Shown in pieces: positions 38,436 through 48,067 of a stretch of 64,000 bases of DNA. The stretch is from NCBI GenBank assembly GCA_000993205.1, contig LBVU01000004.1, positions 27,338 through 91,337 on the forward strand, in the 5' to 3' direction. Made by a program: the position numbers and the translations under genes. This DNA is from Candidatus Woesebacteria bacterium GW2011_GWB1_39_10. Lineage in GTDB: Bacteria; Patescibacteriota; Microgenomatia; UBA8517. The notes below the pieces were generated by a model that saw only the letters and a list, made by a program, of their open reading frames with translations, ran no database searches and had not been told where the DNA came from. Position 1 is the first letter of the stretch. Every line of letters starts with the position of its first letter.

Positions 38436-39379
38436 TATCTATTAATTATACCTGATACAAACCCTCCCATGACACCTAGGTCAGAAACTATTTGAAGAAT
38501 GGGTCCCCAGACAGCCACTCGGTAGTCTCGAAATTCAAGATATATTTTCCGAAACGCGTAAATTAAATAAAGAAAAAAGAAAAAAAGCAAATAGGCGAGT
38601 AGGTAGGGGAACTCAAAACTAAGAACTAATAACGAAAAACCTGCAAGGTAACGAAAGAGAACAAAAAGAGCTTTAATATTGTGCGACGCAAAGCCTTTTC
38701 CGGGAAATATCCAAATTTTTGATTTTGCGTCCCCTTTTGCATATTCATAAATCTTAGATCTGAAATCCTTGATCGACCCGGGCATCCCCCACTCTACGAT
38801 TGCATTTTTCATGCGTGAAATCTTAGCTCCATTTTTAATTAATTTATAGTTAAAAACTGTATCCTCCGCCGTTCTCTCCGCCCCCTCAGGAAACCCACCA
38901 ACCTTTTCCCAAATTTTCTTTGTGAAAGCAATTGAGCGTGTTGAAGGCAAAAAACTGACATCAAAATCTTTCGGCCTTGTCCCTAAAAATACGGACATTG
39001 CCTTTTTGACAGGGTGCGACCCTGTCATGCGGTAAAACCCCGCAACAACATCGACTCCTGCATTATCAAAAGGGGAAATTATGTTTTTTATCCAATAGGG
39101 AGAAGCTACGCAACCGGCATCGGTCATAAGAATAATTTCACTTTTTGCAATTTCCACACCCAGGTTGCGGCCTCTGGCCCTTGAACATTTTTCGACAAGA
39201 AGTTTAATACGACCTTCTCTTTTTTGATAATGTCTGATTATTTCAACTGTTTTATCTTCAGAGCCGCCATCAACAATGATAATCTGATCAGGTTTTTTTG
39301 GCTGCGCCAACAGAGAATCCAAAAGTCGCCCTATTGAATCTTCTTCATTTAGCGTTGTTATACAAATCGAGATATTCAT
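38435..39379 (-). CDS. GT2-family glycosyltransferase with C-terminal TM anchor
   Basis: SICITTLNEED...IIVDGGSEDKT...MTDAGC motifs (DxD-like). Confidence 0.75.
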   Translation of the reverse strand: MNISICITTLNEEDSIGRLLDSLLAQPKKPDQIIIVDGGSEDKTVEIIRHYQKREGRIKLLVEKCSRARGRNLGVEIAKSEIILMTDAGCVASPYWIKNIISPFDNAGVDVVAGFYRMTGSHPVKKAMSVFLGTRPKDFDVSFLPSTRSIAFTKKIWEKVGGFPEGAERTAEDTVFNYKLIKNGAKISRMKNAIVEWGMPGSIKDFRSKIYEYAKGDAKSKIWIFPGKGFASHNIKALFVLFRYLAGFSLLVLSFEFPYLLAYLLFFFFLYLIYAFRKIYLEFRDYRVAVWGPILQIVSDLGVMGGFVSGIINR

Positions 39380-40280
39380 TTGCCAGTTTGTCCCAAGTTT
39401 GGGATTTTACCCACTGCTTAACATTCTTGTCGCTAAAAGGCGACATTTTCCAATAGTCTTCTTTAACCTTATTATTCCAAAACAATTTTAACTTACATCT
39501 ATATGATATTGCTTCCAGAACCGCCAAATACCCTCCGGGAACACAATATTTTGCTTTTTTAAAAAACGGAGCCGGATCGGTAAACCCATGCACCTTTCCA
39601 TATTTCCCGCATTCTTTTCTAAGTTGACCATCACCGCAAAAGTCAACTTCATATTTAACCGCTTTGTTAGCCGCTGGTTTATTGGCCAACCATTCTAAAA
39701 ACTTACAAAGTCCGGTATTTTCCTCCAGTCTCCCCACATAAACGATACTATTTGCTTCTTTTGCTACACTGCTATGTATCACTGTAGCAGCACCATAAAT
39801 TATTTTATTAAATTTAACTTTTAAGTATTTTTCTAGAAATTTACCGACCCCAATTGTTCCTGCTGAAAGTTTAACGACAAGTCTTTTTTGCCAAATACTA
39901 AATTTTGATAATGGATTATCCCACTCCAGTCCGTGAATAGTCGTAAATACGGCTTTTTTAGGATACAAAAATCTAAACGGCAAATACCAAATAAAAATAT
40001 CGTGTATATGAACGACGTCTGCCTCCTGGATTAATTTTCGGTTTTTAAATATTTCCCGCCAGATAAACAATAGTCCCAAAAATTTTATGTGTGGATAAGA
40101 AAATCTTACAACTTCTATCCCATTTGTTATTTCTTTATCCTTTAATCCAGAGTTGTATTTCTCTGTAAGTATGGTCACGCTATTCCTTTTTCGCTTTAAG
40201 CTCTTAGCTACTTCGTAGACATGTTTTTCTACCCCTCCGATATGGGGATGGTAAAGACGAGTGATAAAAAGGATGTTCAT
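39345..40280 (-). CDS. GT4 (group 1) glycosyltransferase
   Basis: MNILFITRLYHPHIGGVEKHV N-terminus typical of the GT-B GT4 family. Confidence 0.65.
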   Translation of the reverse strand: MNILFITRLYHPHIGGVEKHVYEVAKSLKRKRNSVTILTEKYNSGLKDKEITNGIEVVRFSYPHIKFLGLLFIWREIFKNRKLIQEADVVHIHDIFIWYLPFRFLYPKKAVFTTIHGLEWDNPLSKFSIWQKRLVVKLSAGTIGVGKFLEKYLKVKFNKIIYGAATVIHSSVAKEANSIVYVGRLEENTGLCKFLEWLANKPAANKAVKYEVDFCGDGQLRKECGKYGKVHGFTDPAPFFKKAKYCVPGGYLAVLEAISYRCKLKLFWNNKVKEDYWKMSPFSDKNVKQWVKSQTWDKLANEYLDLYNNAK

Positions 40281-41053
40281 TTTTTCTGAGCCACTAAAAT
40301 CATCAAATTTGGTTTCCTTATTTGGATAGGAAGTAGCTTAAGTATTAATTTCTTTAATAAATAATATTTTCTAAATGCATAAAGAAAGTGTTCTTCAAGA
40401 ACTTTGTACCCGGACATCTCCAGCTCATATTTAAGAATTTCCGAAGTGTACGCCCTAAGGTGACCGTTAGGGTTTGTTCCTTTTTCTAACATAAGTTCCA
40501 ATCCTTCATTTAGTGGAACAGATATAATCAGCTTGCCATTTTTTTTCAAAACCCTAGAAAACTCTGAGTAGGCCCGAAAGGTACTGTTTGTTGGTAGGTG
40601 TTCAAGAACATCTAAGGCAAGTATTACATCCATTGATTCTCGATTAAACGGGATTTTGAGTATATTTCCAATTTTATACGTTCCGATTAATTTCCTGGAA
40701 ATAATTTTAATCGTAGATGAGGCTATATCTATACCGAAAAGGTTATATTTCGAATTTTGTAATGATTTTTCAACTTCACCAGTACCAACACCCACATCAA
40801 GTAGATTACCGTAACCAGCCTTTAACATCTTCAATATTTGTTTAACTTTATCTTTGTAGATAGAGCTCGAAACCAAGTCCTTATGTCCGATAGAATTAAT
40901 TCTGTTCCAAAACTTCGGGGTATTTAAATCTTTCTCAGCAACAAACATTGTTGAGTACGAATCTTTAAATTTCTTATTTCTACGACTTTTTGCCAAATTA
41001 TCTCTAACATTTTCAGCTTCAAAAAGATTTTGGGTATTGACAATGTATTTCAT
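40277..41053 (-). CDS. Class I SAM-dependent methyltransferase
   Basis: LLDVGVGTGE (motif I) and LALDVLEHL. Start set at internal MKYIV to avoid overlapping the lipase signal peptide. Confidence 0.6.
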   Translation of the reverse strand: MKYIVNTQNLFEAENVRDNLAKSRRNKKFKDSYSTMFVAEKDLNTPKFWNRINSIGHKDLVSSSIYKDKVKQILKMLKAGYGNLLDVGVGTGEVEKSLQNSKYNLFGIDIASSTIKIISRKLIGTYKIGNILKIPFNRESMDVILALDVLEHLPTNSTFRAYSEFSRVLKKNGKLIISVPLNEGLELMLEKGTNPNGHLRAYTSEILKYELEMSGYKVLEEHFLYAFRKYYLLKKLILKLLPIQIRKPNLMILVAQKK

Positions 41054-41074
41054 AGTTATGAAACTGTGTTTGTA

Positions 41075-42976
41075 ATGAGAAAAAGCTTGAAAGGTACCTT
41101 TTTTCTCATTGTTGTTTGTTTGTTGTTCTTCTTGGTACCTGCAAACTCCGGCACCCAAGCCCAGTCATCACTTTTCGAGGACAATTTTAACACAAATCCA
41201 AACGGTTCGGTTCCGAACAGTTGGACCATTGATGGTCCATCGGGTTGGAACGTCCAAAATGGAATGTATGGTATAAATACAGCTGGTGTAAGCAATACGG
41301 TTCCTAAAGATGAATATTGGGACTCTACTTGGAAAAATATTTCATTCGATGTTGACGCAATGTGGATGTCAGGGCAAGATAAAAATATTATTTTTCACTA
41401 TATTGGTACATATAGTTTTTATGAAATCCACTACAACGAAGATGATGGCGGAACCTTCCATATAGATCGGCATATTGATCAAACAAACGGAGCATCTGTG
41501 GCAACTCCACTTAAGAATTATCACTTAAACAACGGGGTACTTTACCATTTTAGAGTTGAATTATCAGATAACCACATAAAAATATTTGAGGGTGCGAACA
41601 CACTGTTTGACATCCAAGACAATACCCCAAACCCTATCTTAGGCGGAAAAATAGGGTTAAGAGCTGGGGGCACTGAAGTCTGGTTTGATAATGTCGTTGT
41701 CACTGAAATTTCAGCAGAAACACCCACTCCATCACCAACTCCAACTCCCACACCATCTCCAACACCCTCGCCGACCCCTACACCTGTTACTAAAGTATTT
41801 TTAATTCCTGGAACAGGGGCCAGCTGGAATGTAGATGCACTTATTAATTGCAAAGAGTCCGGTTATTCGGGAGACTGGACCATGGCGCCATATGCAAAAG
41901 AAGTTTATTCCCAATTACTAAGTTCGCTAACCGCCGCGGGTTGGGACACAACTACTTTTAATTATGACTGGCGAAAACAAGTTCCGGAAAATTCCTCGCT
42001 TTTTTCAAACTTTGTAAATTCAAATGTTGGTTTGAACGAAAAAGCAGACATCGTAAGTCATAGTTTGGGGGGCCTAATAGGCAGAAATTATTTGGAAAGT
42101 CAAAGCGGCGGAAAAGCGTCCAAACTACTCACCGTGGGAACTCCACACAAGGGCCTGGCAATTACCTATCCTGCTGTAGTTAACAACGAAATCTGGGCAA
42201 ATGACCTGGTCGAAAAAATAGCCGCAACTTTACTATTTAAGCATTGTGGTGTCCCTGCGTCATTTAAAAACATGCTTCCAATCTATGACTACTTAAGGAA
42301 TAGTAAAACAAATCAATTGAAAGATGTTAACAGTATGGAAACTAAAAACAATTACTTACCGACCAATTTTGTCAGTCCGTTTTGGGGAGTGAAAGTGGGA
42401 ACTCTGGCGGGAACTGGTAAACGGACACTAAAAATAATAGACGTTATTAAAAATTCTTCCTGGCCGGATGGGAAACCTGTAGGCCGGGAAAATGTGAACG
42501 AAGGAGATGGTATGGTTTTGATTGATAGTGCGCAAATTCCCGGAGCAGCTTCAAATGAAGTGATAAATCAATCTCATTCCGGAATTATCGCTTCAACCGA
42601 AGGGGTAAGTAAAATTTTAGAATTTCTTGGAGCGCCCGGAATTGAAGATCCGCCGTATTTTGACCCAACCTCTGCTTTAATTTTAGTTGGCTATCCCGGA
42701 AACTTCTGGATAACCGATCGGAATGGCGTCACTACTCAGAGCGATAAAGGAATGATCGCCATAATGAATCCTGAAGATGGCAACTATAGACTTCAGATGA
42801 TTCCAACTTCGGGAAGTACTTCTTTTATTGTTGCTCAATTCCTTCCTAACGGAAAAACTTTATATAAGGAATATAAATTTAAGGGAATCAGACAAAACCC
42901 TAAAGTTATTGAATTTAGCTCGAAAAACCCAAAAGAGAATATTTTGAATTCCCCCAAGTCATGGTTTGAGTATTGA
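41075..42976 (+). CDS. Secreted protein: signal peptide + concanavalin/LamG-like (DUF1080-like) domain + Pro/Thr linker + alpha/beta-hydrolase lipase domain
   Basis: Signal MRKSLKGTFFLIVVCLLFFLVPANS, (TP/SP)n linker, and a GxSxG nucleophile elbow in IVSHSLGGLIGR. Confidence 0.5.
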   Translation: MRKSLKGTFFLIVVCLLFFLVPANSGTQAQSSLFEDNFNTNPNGSVPNSWTIDGPSGWNVQNGMYGINTAGVSNTVPKDEYWDSTWKNISFDVDAMWMSGQDKNIIFHYIGTYSFYEIHYNEDDGGTFHIDRHIDQTNGASVATPLKNYHLNNGVLYHFRVELSDNHIKIFEGANTLFDIQDNTPNPILGGKIGLRAGGTEVWFDNVVVTEISAETPTPSPTPTPTPSPTPSPTPTPVTKVFLIPGTGASWNVDALINCKESGYSGDWTMAPYAKEVYSQLLSSLTAAGWDTTTFNYDWRKQVPENSSLFSNFVNSNVGLNEKADIVSHSLGGLIGRNYLESQSGGKASKLLTVGTPHKGLAITYPAVVNNEIWANDLVEKIAATLLFKHCGVPASFKNMLPIYDYLRNSKTNQLKDVNSMETKNNYLPTNFVSPFWGVKVGTLAGTGKRTLKIIDVIKNSSWPDGKPVGRENVNEGDGMVLIDSAQIPGAASNEVINQSHSGIIASTEGVSKILEFLGAPGIEDPPYFDPTSALILVGYPGNFWITDRNGVTTQSDKGMIAIMNPEDGNYRLQMIPTSGSTSFIVAQFLPNGKTLYKEYKFKGIRQNPKVIEFSSKNPKENILNSPKSWFEY

Positions 42977-42977
42977 A

Positions 42978-43640
42978 TCAAGATTTGTTTGCAAACCTGG
43001 CTTTTGCAAATACAAAAAGTTTGTAGATGATAATTATTCCAACTGTTATGAGTGCCGGACCGTGGAAAAACGAAAAAGGCGGGGTCCCTACGTCCGTCCC
43101 TACACCAATCGAGTGAATGCCAATTAAAACAAACACCAGATAATTAAGGATGTGGAATTTTCTCCAATTGACCCTCATATAAGGGGTAGCGGCACGAAGT
43201 AACCCTGCCCAGACGGAAATATTTAAAAGCCAAAAAGAGACCCTGCCCAATGTGTAGAAAAAATCGATTCTTGTCGGGCATAACAAACAAAAACCCGTAA
43301 AAATATAAAATGGGTCCAATCCCCGTCCCAAAAAATAATTAAAGAACATAAAACTAATTGGATGTAAGATAATCAAAATATAAGCAATTACTCCCTCAAT
43401 GATATGAAATCTGAATATCCAACCTCCAAGTTTGTTTGTCCATTTTTCCATAAATGCGCCAAGAATTATCTGAAAAAACAATAAGGTAAACGCGGTAAGT
43501 CCTAAAAATCTTTGGACAAAGTTTGCAATTGTGGAAGAATTTCTTAGTACATAAACAGGTGGAGTATTGGCAAGCAACGAAATAGGTACCAGACTTAATA
43601 CTCCTAGCCAAATAATGTAAAAAATGATTTTATTTTTCAT
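42978..43640 (-). CDS. Polytopic membrane protein, ferric-reductase/MsrQ-like (paired His in TM helices), putative
   Basis: FHIIEGVIAYILIILH and FHILNYLVFVLIGIH motifs. Start set at MKNKI because the upstream 84 nt are a tRNA. Confidence 0.35.
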   Translation of the reverse strand: MKNKIIFYIIWLGVLSLVPISLLANTPPVYVLRNSSTIANFVQRFLGLTAFTLLFFQIILGAFMEKWTNKLGGWIFRFHIIEGVIAYILIILHPISFMFFNYFLGRGLDPFYIFTGFCLLCPTRIDFFYTLGRVSFWLLNISVWAGLLRAATPYMRVNWRKFHILNYLVFVLIGIHSIGVGTDVGTPPFSFFHGPALITVGIIIIYKLFVFAKARFANKS

Positions 43641-43645
43641 ATTAG

Positions 43646-43717
43646 TGGACGACGTTGGAATCGGACCAACGACCTTTCGAATGTGAGTCGAATGTTCTAC
43701 CACTGAACTAGTCGTCC
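43646..43717 (-). tRNA. tRNA-Val(CAC)
   Basis: Acceptor GGACGAC/GTCGTCC, anticodon stem TTCGA/TCGAA with loop CTCACAT, T-arm GTTGG-TCCGATT-CCAAC, discriminator A. Confidence 0.78.
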
Positions 43718-43811
43718 TCCTCAATGTATTTTACCATGAAGGTTACCAAACCTGAATGGCAAGCTATGCTTACCATCTTGACAAGACTTAACACACCCCC
43801 TAAAGTAAAAC

Positions 43812-43831
43812 GTAATGATTCATATCATTAC
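43812..43831. promoter_or_regulatory. Perfect 8+4+8 palindrome GTAATGAT-TCAT-ATCATTAC ending 5 nt before the IMPDH-like start
   Basis: Read directly. Candidate operator overlapping the RBS. Confidence 0.4.
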
Positions 43832-43836
43832 ACAAT

Positions 43837-44895
43837 ATGAATCAAAAGTTTTCCCTAGCACTATCCTACGACGATGTTTTGTTGGTTCCCCAATTTTCAA
43901 AGATCGGGAGCAGGGGGGACGTGGATCTTTCAATTCAACTGACTCCAAAAATAGTTCTTAAAATCCCCCTTGTTAGTGCTAACATGTCTGATGTAACGGG
44001 GATAGAAATGGCAATAGAGATGGGTAAACTTGGCGGGCTGGGAATAATTCCCAGATTTATGATTCCGGAAGAGCAAGCTTCAATGATTGACGCAGTAAAA
44101 AAAGAGAAGGTAATGGTTGGCGCCGCAATCGGAATTAGAAATGGTATGTATGATAGGGCGGAAGTTCTTCTTAAAGCCGGTGCCGATATTTTTGTACTTG
44201 ATGTTGCCCATGGATATATGGAAAAAACTATCAATGCAGTCGCTGACTTTAAAAATAAATTTGGAAAAGTTGATCTAATTGCAGGCAACGTCGCAACAGA
44301 GGAAGCCGCCACCGCCTTGTTTAAAGTCGGAGCTGATTGTGTGAAGGTTGGAATAGGCCCGGGTTCAATTTGTACGACAAGGGTTGAAACCGGTTCCGGC
44401 GTTCCACAAATAACAGCAATTATTGACGCGGCAAAGGCGGCCAGAAAGTTCGGAAAAACAATTATGGCGGACGGCGGAGCTAAAAATTCGGGAGACATGG
44501 TGAAGGGGCTTGCCGCGGGAGCATCCGCAATCATGGCCGGAAGTCTTTTTGCTGGTACCGACGAAGCCCCGGGAAAAACTGTAATCATAAACGGTAAAAG
44601 ATTTAAAAATTACAATGCATCCACTTCACGAACAGAAAAGAAAAATCATATCAAAGTTGCGGGGGGCGAATTTGAAAAACATTACGCAAAACAAATCGAA
44701 GGAGTAGAAAGCCTTGTTCCGTCTAAAGGTCCGCTTACACCAATAATAGAAACTTTTTCCGCAAATATTCGTTCAGGTTTAAGTTATTCGGGTGCAATAA
44801 ATATTCCCGAACTTTGGGAAAAAGCTCAATTTATTCAAATAACTGCTATGGGGCGCCGTGAAAGTGAGGCCCACGATGTTATAGTACAATGCTAG
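43837..44895 (+). CDS. IMP dehydrogenase / GMP reductase family protein (no CBS insert)
   Basis: 352 aa. Catalytic loop GIGPGSICTTR. Size fits GuaC or CBS-less GuaB. Confidence 0.78.
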   Translation: MNQKFSLALSYDDVLLVPQFSKIGSRGDVDLSIQLTPKIVLKIPLVSANMSDVTGIEMAIEMGKLGGLGIIPRFMIPEEQASMIDAVKKEKVMVGAAIGIRNGMYDRAEVLLKAGADIFVLDVAHGYMEKTINAVADFKNKFGKVDLIAGNVATEEAATALFKVGADCVKVGIGPGSICTTRVETGSGVPQITAIIDAAKAARKFGKTIMADGGAKNSGDMVKGLAAGASAIMAGSLFAGTDEAPGKTVIINGKRFKNYNASTSRTEKKNHIKVAGGEFEKHYAKQIEGVESLVPSKGPLTPIIETFSANIRSGLSYSGAINIPELWEKAQFIQITAMGRRESEAHDVIVQC

Positions 44896-44939
44896 TACTT
44901 GTGTTTACTCCTTGACCCCAAATATAATGAAACTTACAT

Positions 44940-45491
44940 ATGTTCGGTAAAGTTGGTGCATTTTTTTTGGATATATTGGAAGTAGTTGTATTTGCTGTCG
45001 GCATTTTCTTTTTCGTCTACCTTCTCATTATGCGTCCCCATAAAATTAAAGGACAATCTATGCACCCCAACTTTCCGGATGGTGAATATTTACTAACCGA
45101 AAAAGTAACTTACTATACCAGAAGTCCTAAAAGAGGAGATGTCGTTGTTTTTACTCCTCCGATCTCAGAAACAGACGAATTTATTAAAAGAATTATTGGA
45201 CTTCCGGGAGAACGTATCATGCTCAAAGATAATCGCGTCTATATCAACGATACTCTTCTGACCGAATCATATCTTTCTAATGATATTTATACAGAAAACG
45301 AAGGATTTTTAAAGGATGGAGAAAATTATACGGTTCCGACCGATCAATACTTTGTAATGGGAGACAATAGACCCCACTCCTCCGATTCCAGGTCTTGGGG
45401 TTCTATTACTAAAAAATCAATTAGTGGAAGAGCTTGGATAATTTATTGGCCTCTTAATCTTTCGGAAGTAGTAAAAATACCAACGTATTAA
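44940..45491 (+). CDS. lepB: Signal peptidase I
   Basis: KGQSMHPNF (Ser box) and VMGDNRPHSSDSRSWG (GDNR...SxDSR box). Confidence 0.85.
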   Translation: MFGKVGAFFLDILEVVVFAVGIFFFVYLLIMRPHKIKGQSMHPNFPDGEYLLTEKVTYYTRSPKRGDVVVFTPPISETDEFIKRIIGLPGERIMLKDNRVYINDTLLTESYLSNDIYTENEGFLKDGENYTVPTDQYFVMGDNRPHSSDSRSWGSITKKSISGRAWIIYWPLNLSEVVKIPTY

Positions 45492-46327
45492 GAAGTTATC
45501 GCTTTGTAGACTCTTTGAAGTCTCTCTTCGGTTTCTTCAACTCCGCCTTTAAAGGTAAAGCTTATTTTTGTCTCTCTTTGCGATCTGATTAGCTTAACCG
45601 CAGTTTTTTTGGACAAATCGGGATCCCCGTCAACATAAAATACTTTCTGTAAATCCTCCTGCATCTTATCTATTTCTTCAGAAACAATCCTGATATGCTG
45701 ACTTGTATTTGGTACTTCCTGTTGAGACTTGGCTTTCATACGCCTCGCAAGCTCCTCTGCGCGACGCACACTGCCACTCTCCCTGAGAACAATCTTATAA
45801 GCCTCAATCATTAAGTTGGGATCATCAATGGCTGCAAGAGCCCTTGCGTGACCTTCAGTTATAAGTCCGGACAAAAGTCCGTCTTTAAGGGCATCGGGAA
45901 GAGAAAGAAGTCTTAATGAATTGCTAACGTAAGCGACTGATTTGCCAATTCGAACAGCAATTTCGCTGGTAGTTAAATTAAACTCATTCATAAGGCGCTC
46001 AAAGCCTTTGGCACGGTCTAAGGGGTTAAGGTCAACCCTTTGAACGTTCTCCACAAGTGCCATCTCAAGCATGCCTTTTGGTGAAGTTTCACGAATAATA
46101 ACCGGTACGTGGGTTAATCCGGCAAGTTTTGAGGCACGCCATCTACGCTCCCCCGCGATTATCTGAAACCCTGCCGGAGTTTTGGCAACTACCAGAGGTT
46201 CCAATATTCCGTGTTCACGAATAGAATCAACAAGGTCTACCAAGCTTTCAGGGGTGATTGCGCCACGAGGTTGAAGAGGATTTGGTTGAAGCTGTGTGAC
46301 TTCTATTTGTACTATTTCTTCCGCCAT
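45488..46327 (-). CDS. parB: Chromosome partitioning protein ParB/Spo0J
   Basis: LQPNPLQPR, ILEPLVV, IIAGERRWRAS ParB-box motifs. Confidence 0.85.
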   Translation of the reverse strand: MAEEIVQIEVTQLQPNPLQPRGAITPESLVDLVDSIREHGILEPLVVAKTPAGFQIIAGERRWRASKLAGLTHVPVIIRETSPKGMLEMALVENVQRVDLNPLDRAKGFERLMNEFNLTTSEIAVRIGKSVAYVSNSLRLLSLPDALKDGLLSGLITEGHARALAAIDDPNLMIEAYKIVLRESGSVRRAEELARRMKAKSQQEVPNTSQHIRIVSEEIDKMQEDLQKVFYVDGDPDLSKKTAVKLIRSQRETKISFTFKGGVEETEERLQRVYKAITS

Positions 46328-46342
46328 AATGTTTATAAGATA

Positions 46343-46600
46343 CTAGGCACTAGCAACTACACTAACAACTCTCTTACCCAATTTTTTAGTAAATTTAACG
46401 ACTCCGTCGGCAACAGAATAAAGCGTATGATCACGACCCAATTTGGCACCAATGCCTTTACCAAAAGTTGTACCGCGTTGGCGGACTAAAATTTGACCCC
46501 TGCCAACTTTTTCACCACCGGAAACTTTTACCCCAAGTCTTTTACCTGCCGGGCTAACATGTTGTGAAGCTTTTCCTCCCGCCGCTTTATGTGTTGACAT
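46343..46600 (-). CDS. rpmA: 50S ribosomal protein L27
   Basis: HKAAGGKASQ...KRLGVK..GGE.V..GQILVRQRGT.F..G...GRDHTLY..DG.VKF from the internal Met. Confidence 0.82.
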   Translation of the reverse strand: MSTHKAAGGKASQHVSPAGKRLGVKVSGGEKVGRGQILVRQRGTTFGKGIGAKLGRDHTLYSVADGVVKFTKKLGKRVVSVVASA

Positions 46601-46684
46601 CCTTCGCACAATATAAATGAAGTTTTCACAGTTGTCAAGGGGGTTGGTACGATGCATTAAATCATACTTCGTTCTTGAATGAAG

Positions 46685-46993
46685 TTAGGAAATTTTCTCC
46701 ACCAGAAGTCTTGTATATTGAGGTCTAAATCCTGTATGTTTCCTGTAGCGTGATTTTGCTTTAAATTTATAGACTTCGATCTTTTCTCCTTTTTCAAGTT
46801 CTGTTACAACCTTTAAGGCTACTTTTACATCTTTTAGTACCGGCTTGCCCACTTTTACCTTTTCTCCATCTACAAACAAAAGTACGTCTGTCACAAAACC
46901 TTTGATATCGACAAGTTTATCCACCAAAAGCTCTTTGCCTTCCTCAGCTTTATATTGCTTGCCACCGATCCGAACAATTGCATATTTATTCAT
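46685..46993 (-). CDS. rplU: 50S ribosomal protein L21
   Basis: MNKYAIVRIGGKQYKAEEGKELLVDKL matches the L21 N-terminus. Confidence 0.8.
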   Translation of the reverse strand: MNKYAIVRIGGKQYKAEEGKELLVDKLVDIKGFVTDVLLFVDGEKVKVGKPVLKDVKVALKVVTELEKGEKIEVYKFKAKSRYRKHTGFRPQYTRLLVEKIS

Positions 46994-47005
46994 AATATGG
47001 GTATT

Positions 47006-48067
47006 TTAGCGTTTATAAGACGAGCTGGCAATCCCCAAGCCTATTAACGTAGCCAGAAGTGAAGATCCGCCTGCTGAAACCAATGGGAAGGGTAGCCCAG
47101 TAACCGGCAAAAGCCCAATATTCATGCCTATATGAATAAATATTTGGATCAAATATGTCAGAAAAAACCCCGAAAGATATCCGCGTGCAGCCGGGCTTAC
47201 AGCCTGTTCAATGTAAGCCGTCAAACGGTAAAGAATAATGAAGCTGGCGAGAGTCGCGAGTAGCGCTCCAACAAAACCCAATTCCTCAGAAATGGCCGAA
47301 AATATAAAATCCGCTTGCTTTTCAGGTAAAAATGAAAGCTGAGTCTGGATACCCCGCCCTAATCCCAATCCTGTAATTTTACCGGACCCGGCAGCTATGG
47401 TAGACTGTAAACTATTATAACCTGCCCCCAAAGGGTCCGAGGAAGGACTAACAAAAGTAATAATGCGCTGCTGTTGATAGGGCGCCATTACGAACCAAAA
47501 AAGCGGAGAGACAACTAATAAAGCAACTCCACCGAAAAGAACATATTTTTTGTCAATTTTTGAAGAAATCAGAACACCTAAAAACCCAACCAGTGTTAGG
47601 ACAGACACCCCAAGAGAGGGTTGAATAAAAATAAGGAAAACCGGAAGAAGCGCCAGCGCAAAGGTTTTTACTATTTTTATAAAATCCAGTTTCCCAAAAG
47701 TAAGATAGTTGGCAAAAAAAATCAAAAGAAAAGGACGGACAATTTCTGCCGGTTGTAGACTGATGGGACCAATCGGTATCCAACGAATTGTTCCCCTTGT
47801 TACACTTCCAATTATTAGAGTTGCGAGAAGAAGGATAATTGAAAAAATATACAGATGCTTAGAAAAAAGAGAAATTATATCAAAATCCAACTGGGCAAAA
47901 ACAAAGAAAGCGCAAATTCCAATAAACACACTAAGAAAATATAACAGGAATATTGATGGAGCAACCGATTTTAAAATAATTATGCTTAGAAAAAGTAAAA
48001 ATATAATGGAGAACGAAAAACTAATATCTTTGGTTAAAAATCCAAATATCGGGTTTTGTCTTTTCAC
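47006..48067 (-). CDS. SEDS-family peptidoglycan glycosyltransferase (RodA-like; the second SEDS gene at 62226 is in the dcw cluster)
   Basis: 353 aa, 10 TM. QQQRIITFVSPSSDPLGAGYNSLQS SEDS signature loop. Confidence 0.75.
   Translation of the reverse strand: MKRQNPIFGFLTKDISFSFSIIFLLFLSIIILKSVAPSIFLLYFLSVFIGICAFFVFAQLDFDIISLFSKHLYIFSIILLLATLIIGSVTRGTIRWIPIGPISLQPAEIVRPFLLIFFANYLTFGKLDFIKIVKTFALALLPVFLIFIQPSLGVSVLTLVGFLGVLISSKIDKKYVLFGGVALLVVSPLFWFVMAPYQQQRIITFVSPSSDPLGAGYNSLQSTIAAGSGKITGLGLGRGIQTQLSFLPEKQADFIFSAISEELGFVGALLATLASFIILYRLTAYIEQAVSPAARGYLSGFFLTYLIQIFIHIGMNIGLLPVTGLPFPLVSAGGSSLLATLIGLGIASSSYKR

Noticed and set aside
41700-41790. Repetitive CCAACTCCAACTCC stretch
   Set aside because: Encodes a (TP/SP)n inter-domain linker of the secreted lipase. 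It is an ordinary low-complexity linker rather than a nucleotide-level repeat element or CRISPR array.
43935-44588. 217-aa minus-strand ORF
   Set aside because: Antisense to the IMPDH-like gene. The Ala/Pro-rich translation mirrors the Gly/Ala-rich sense protein.
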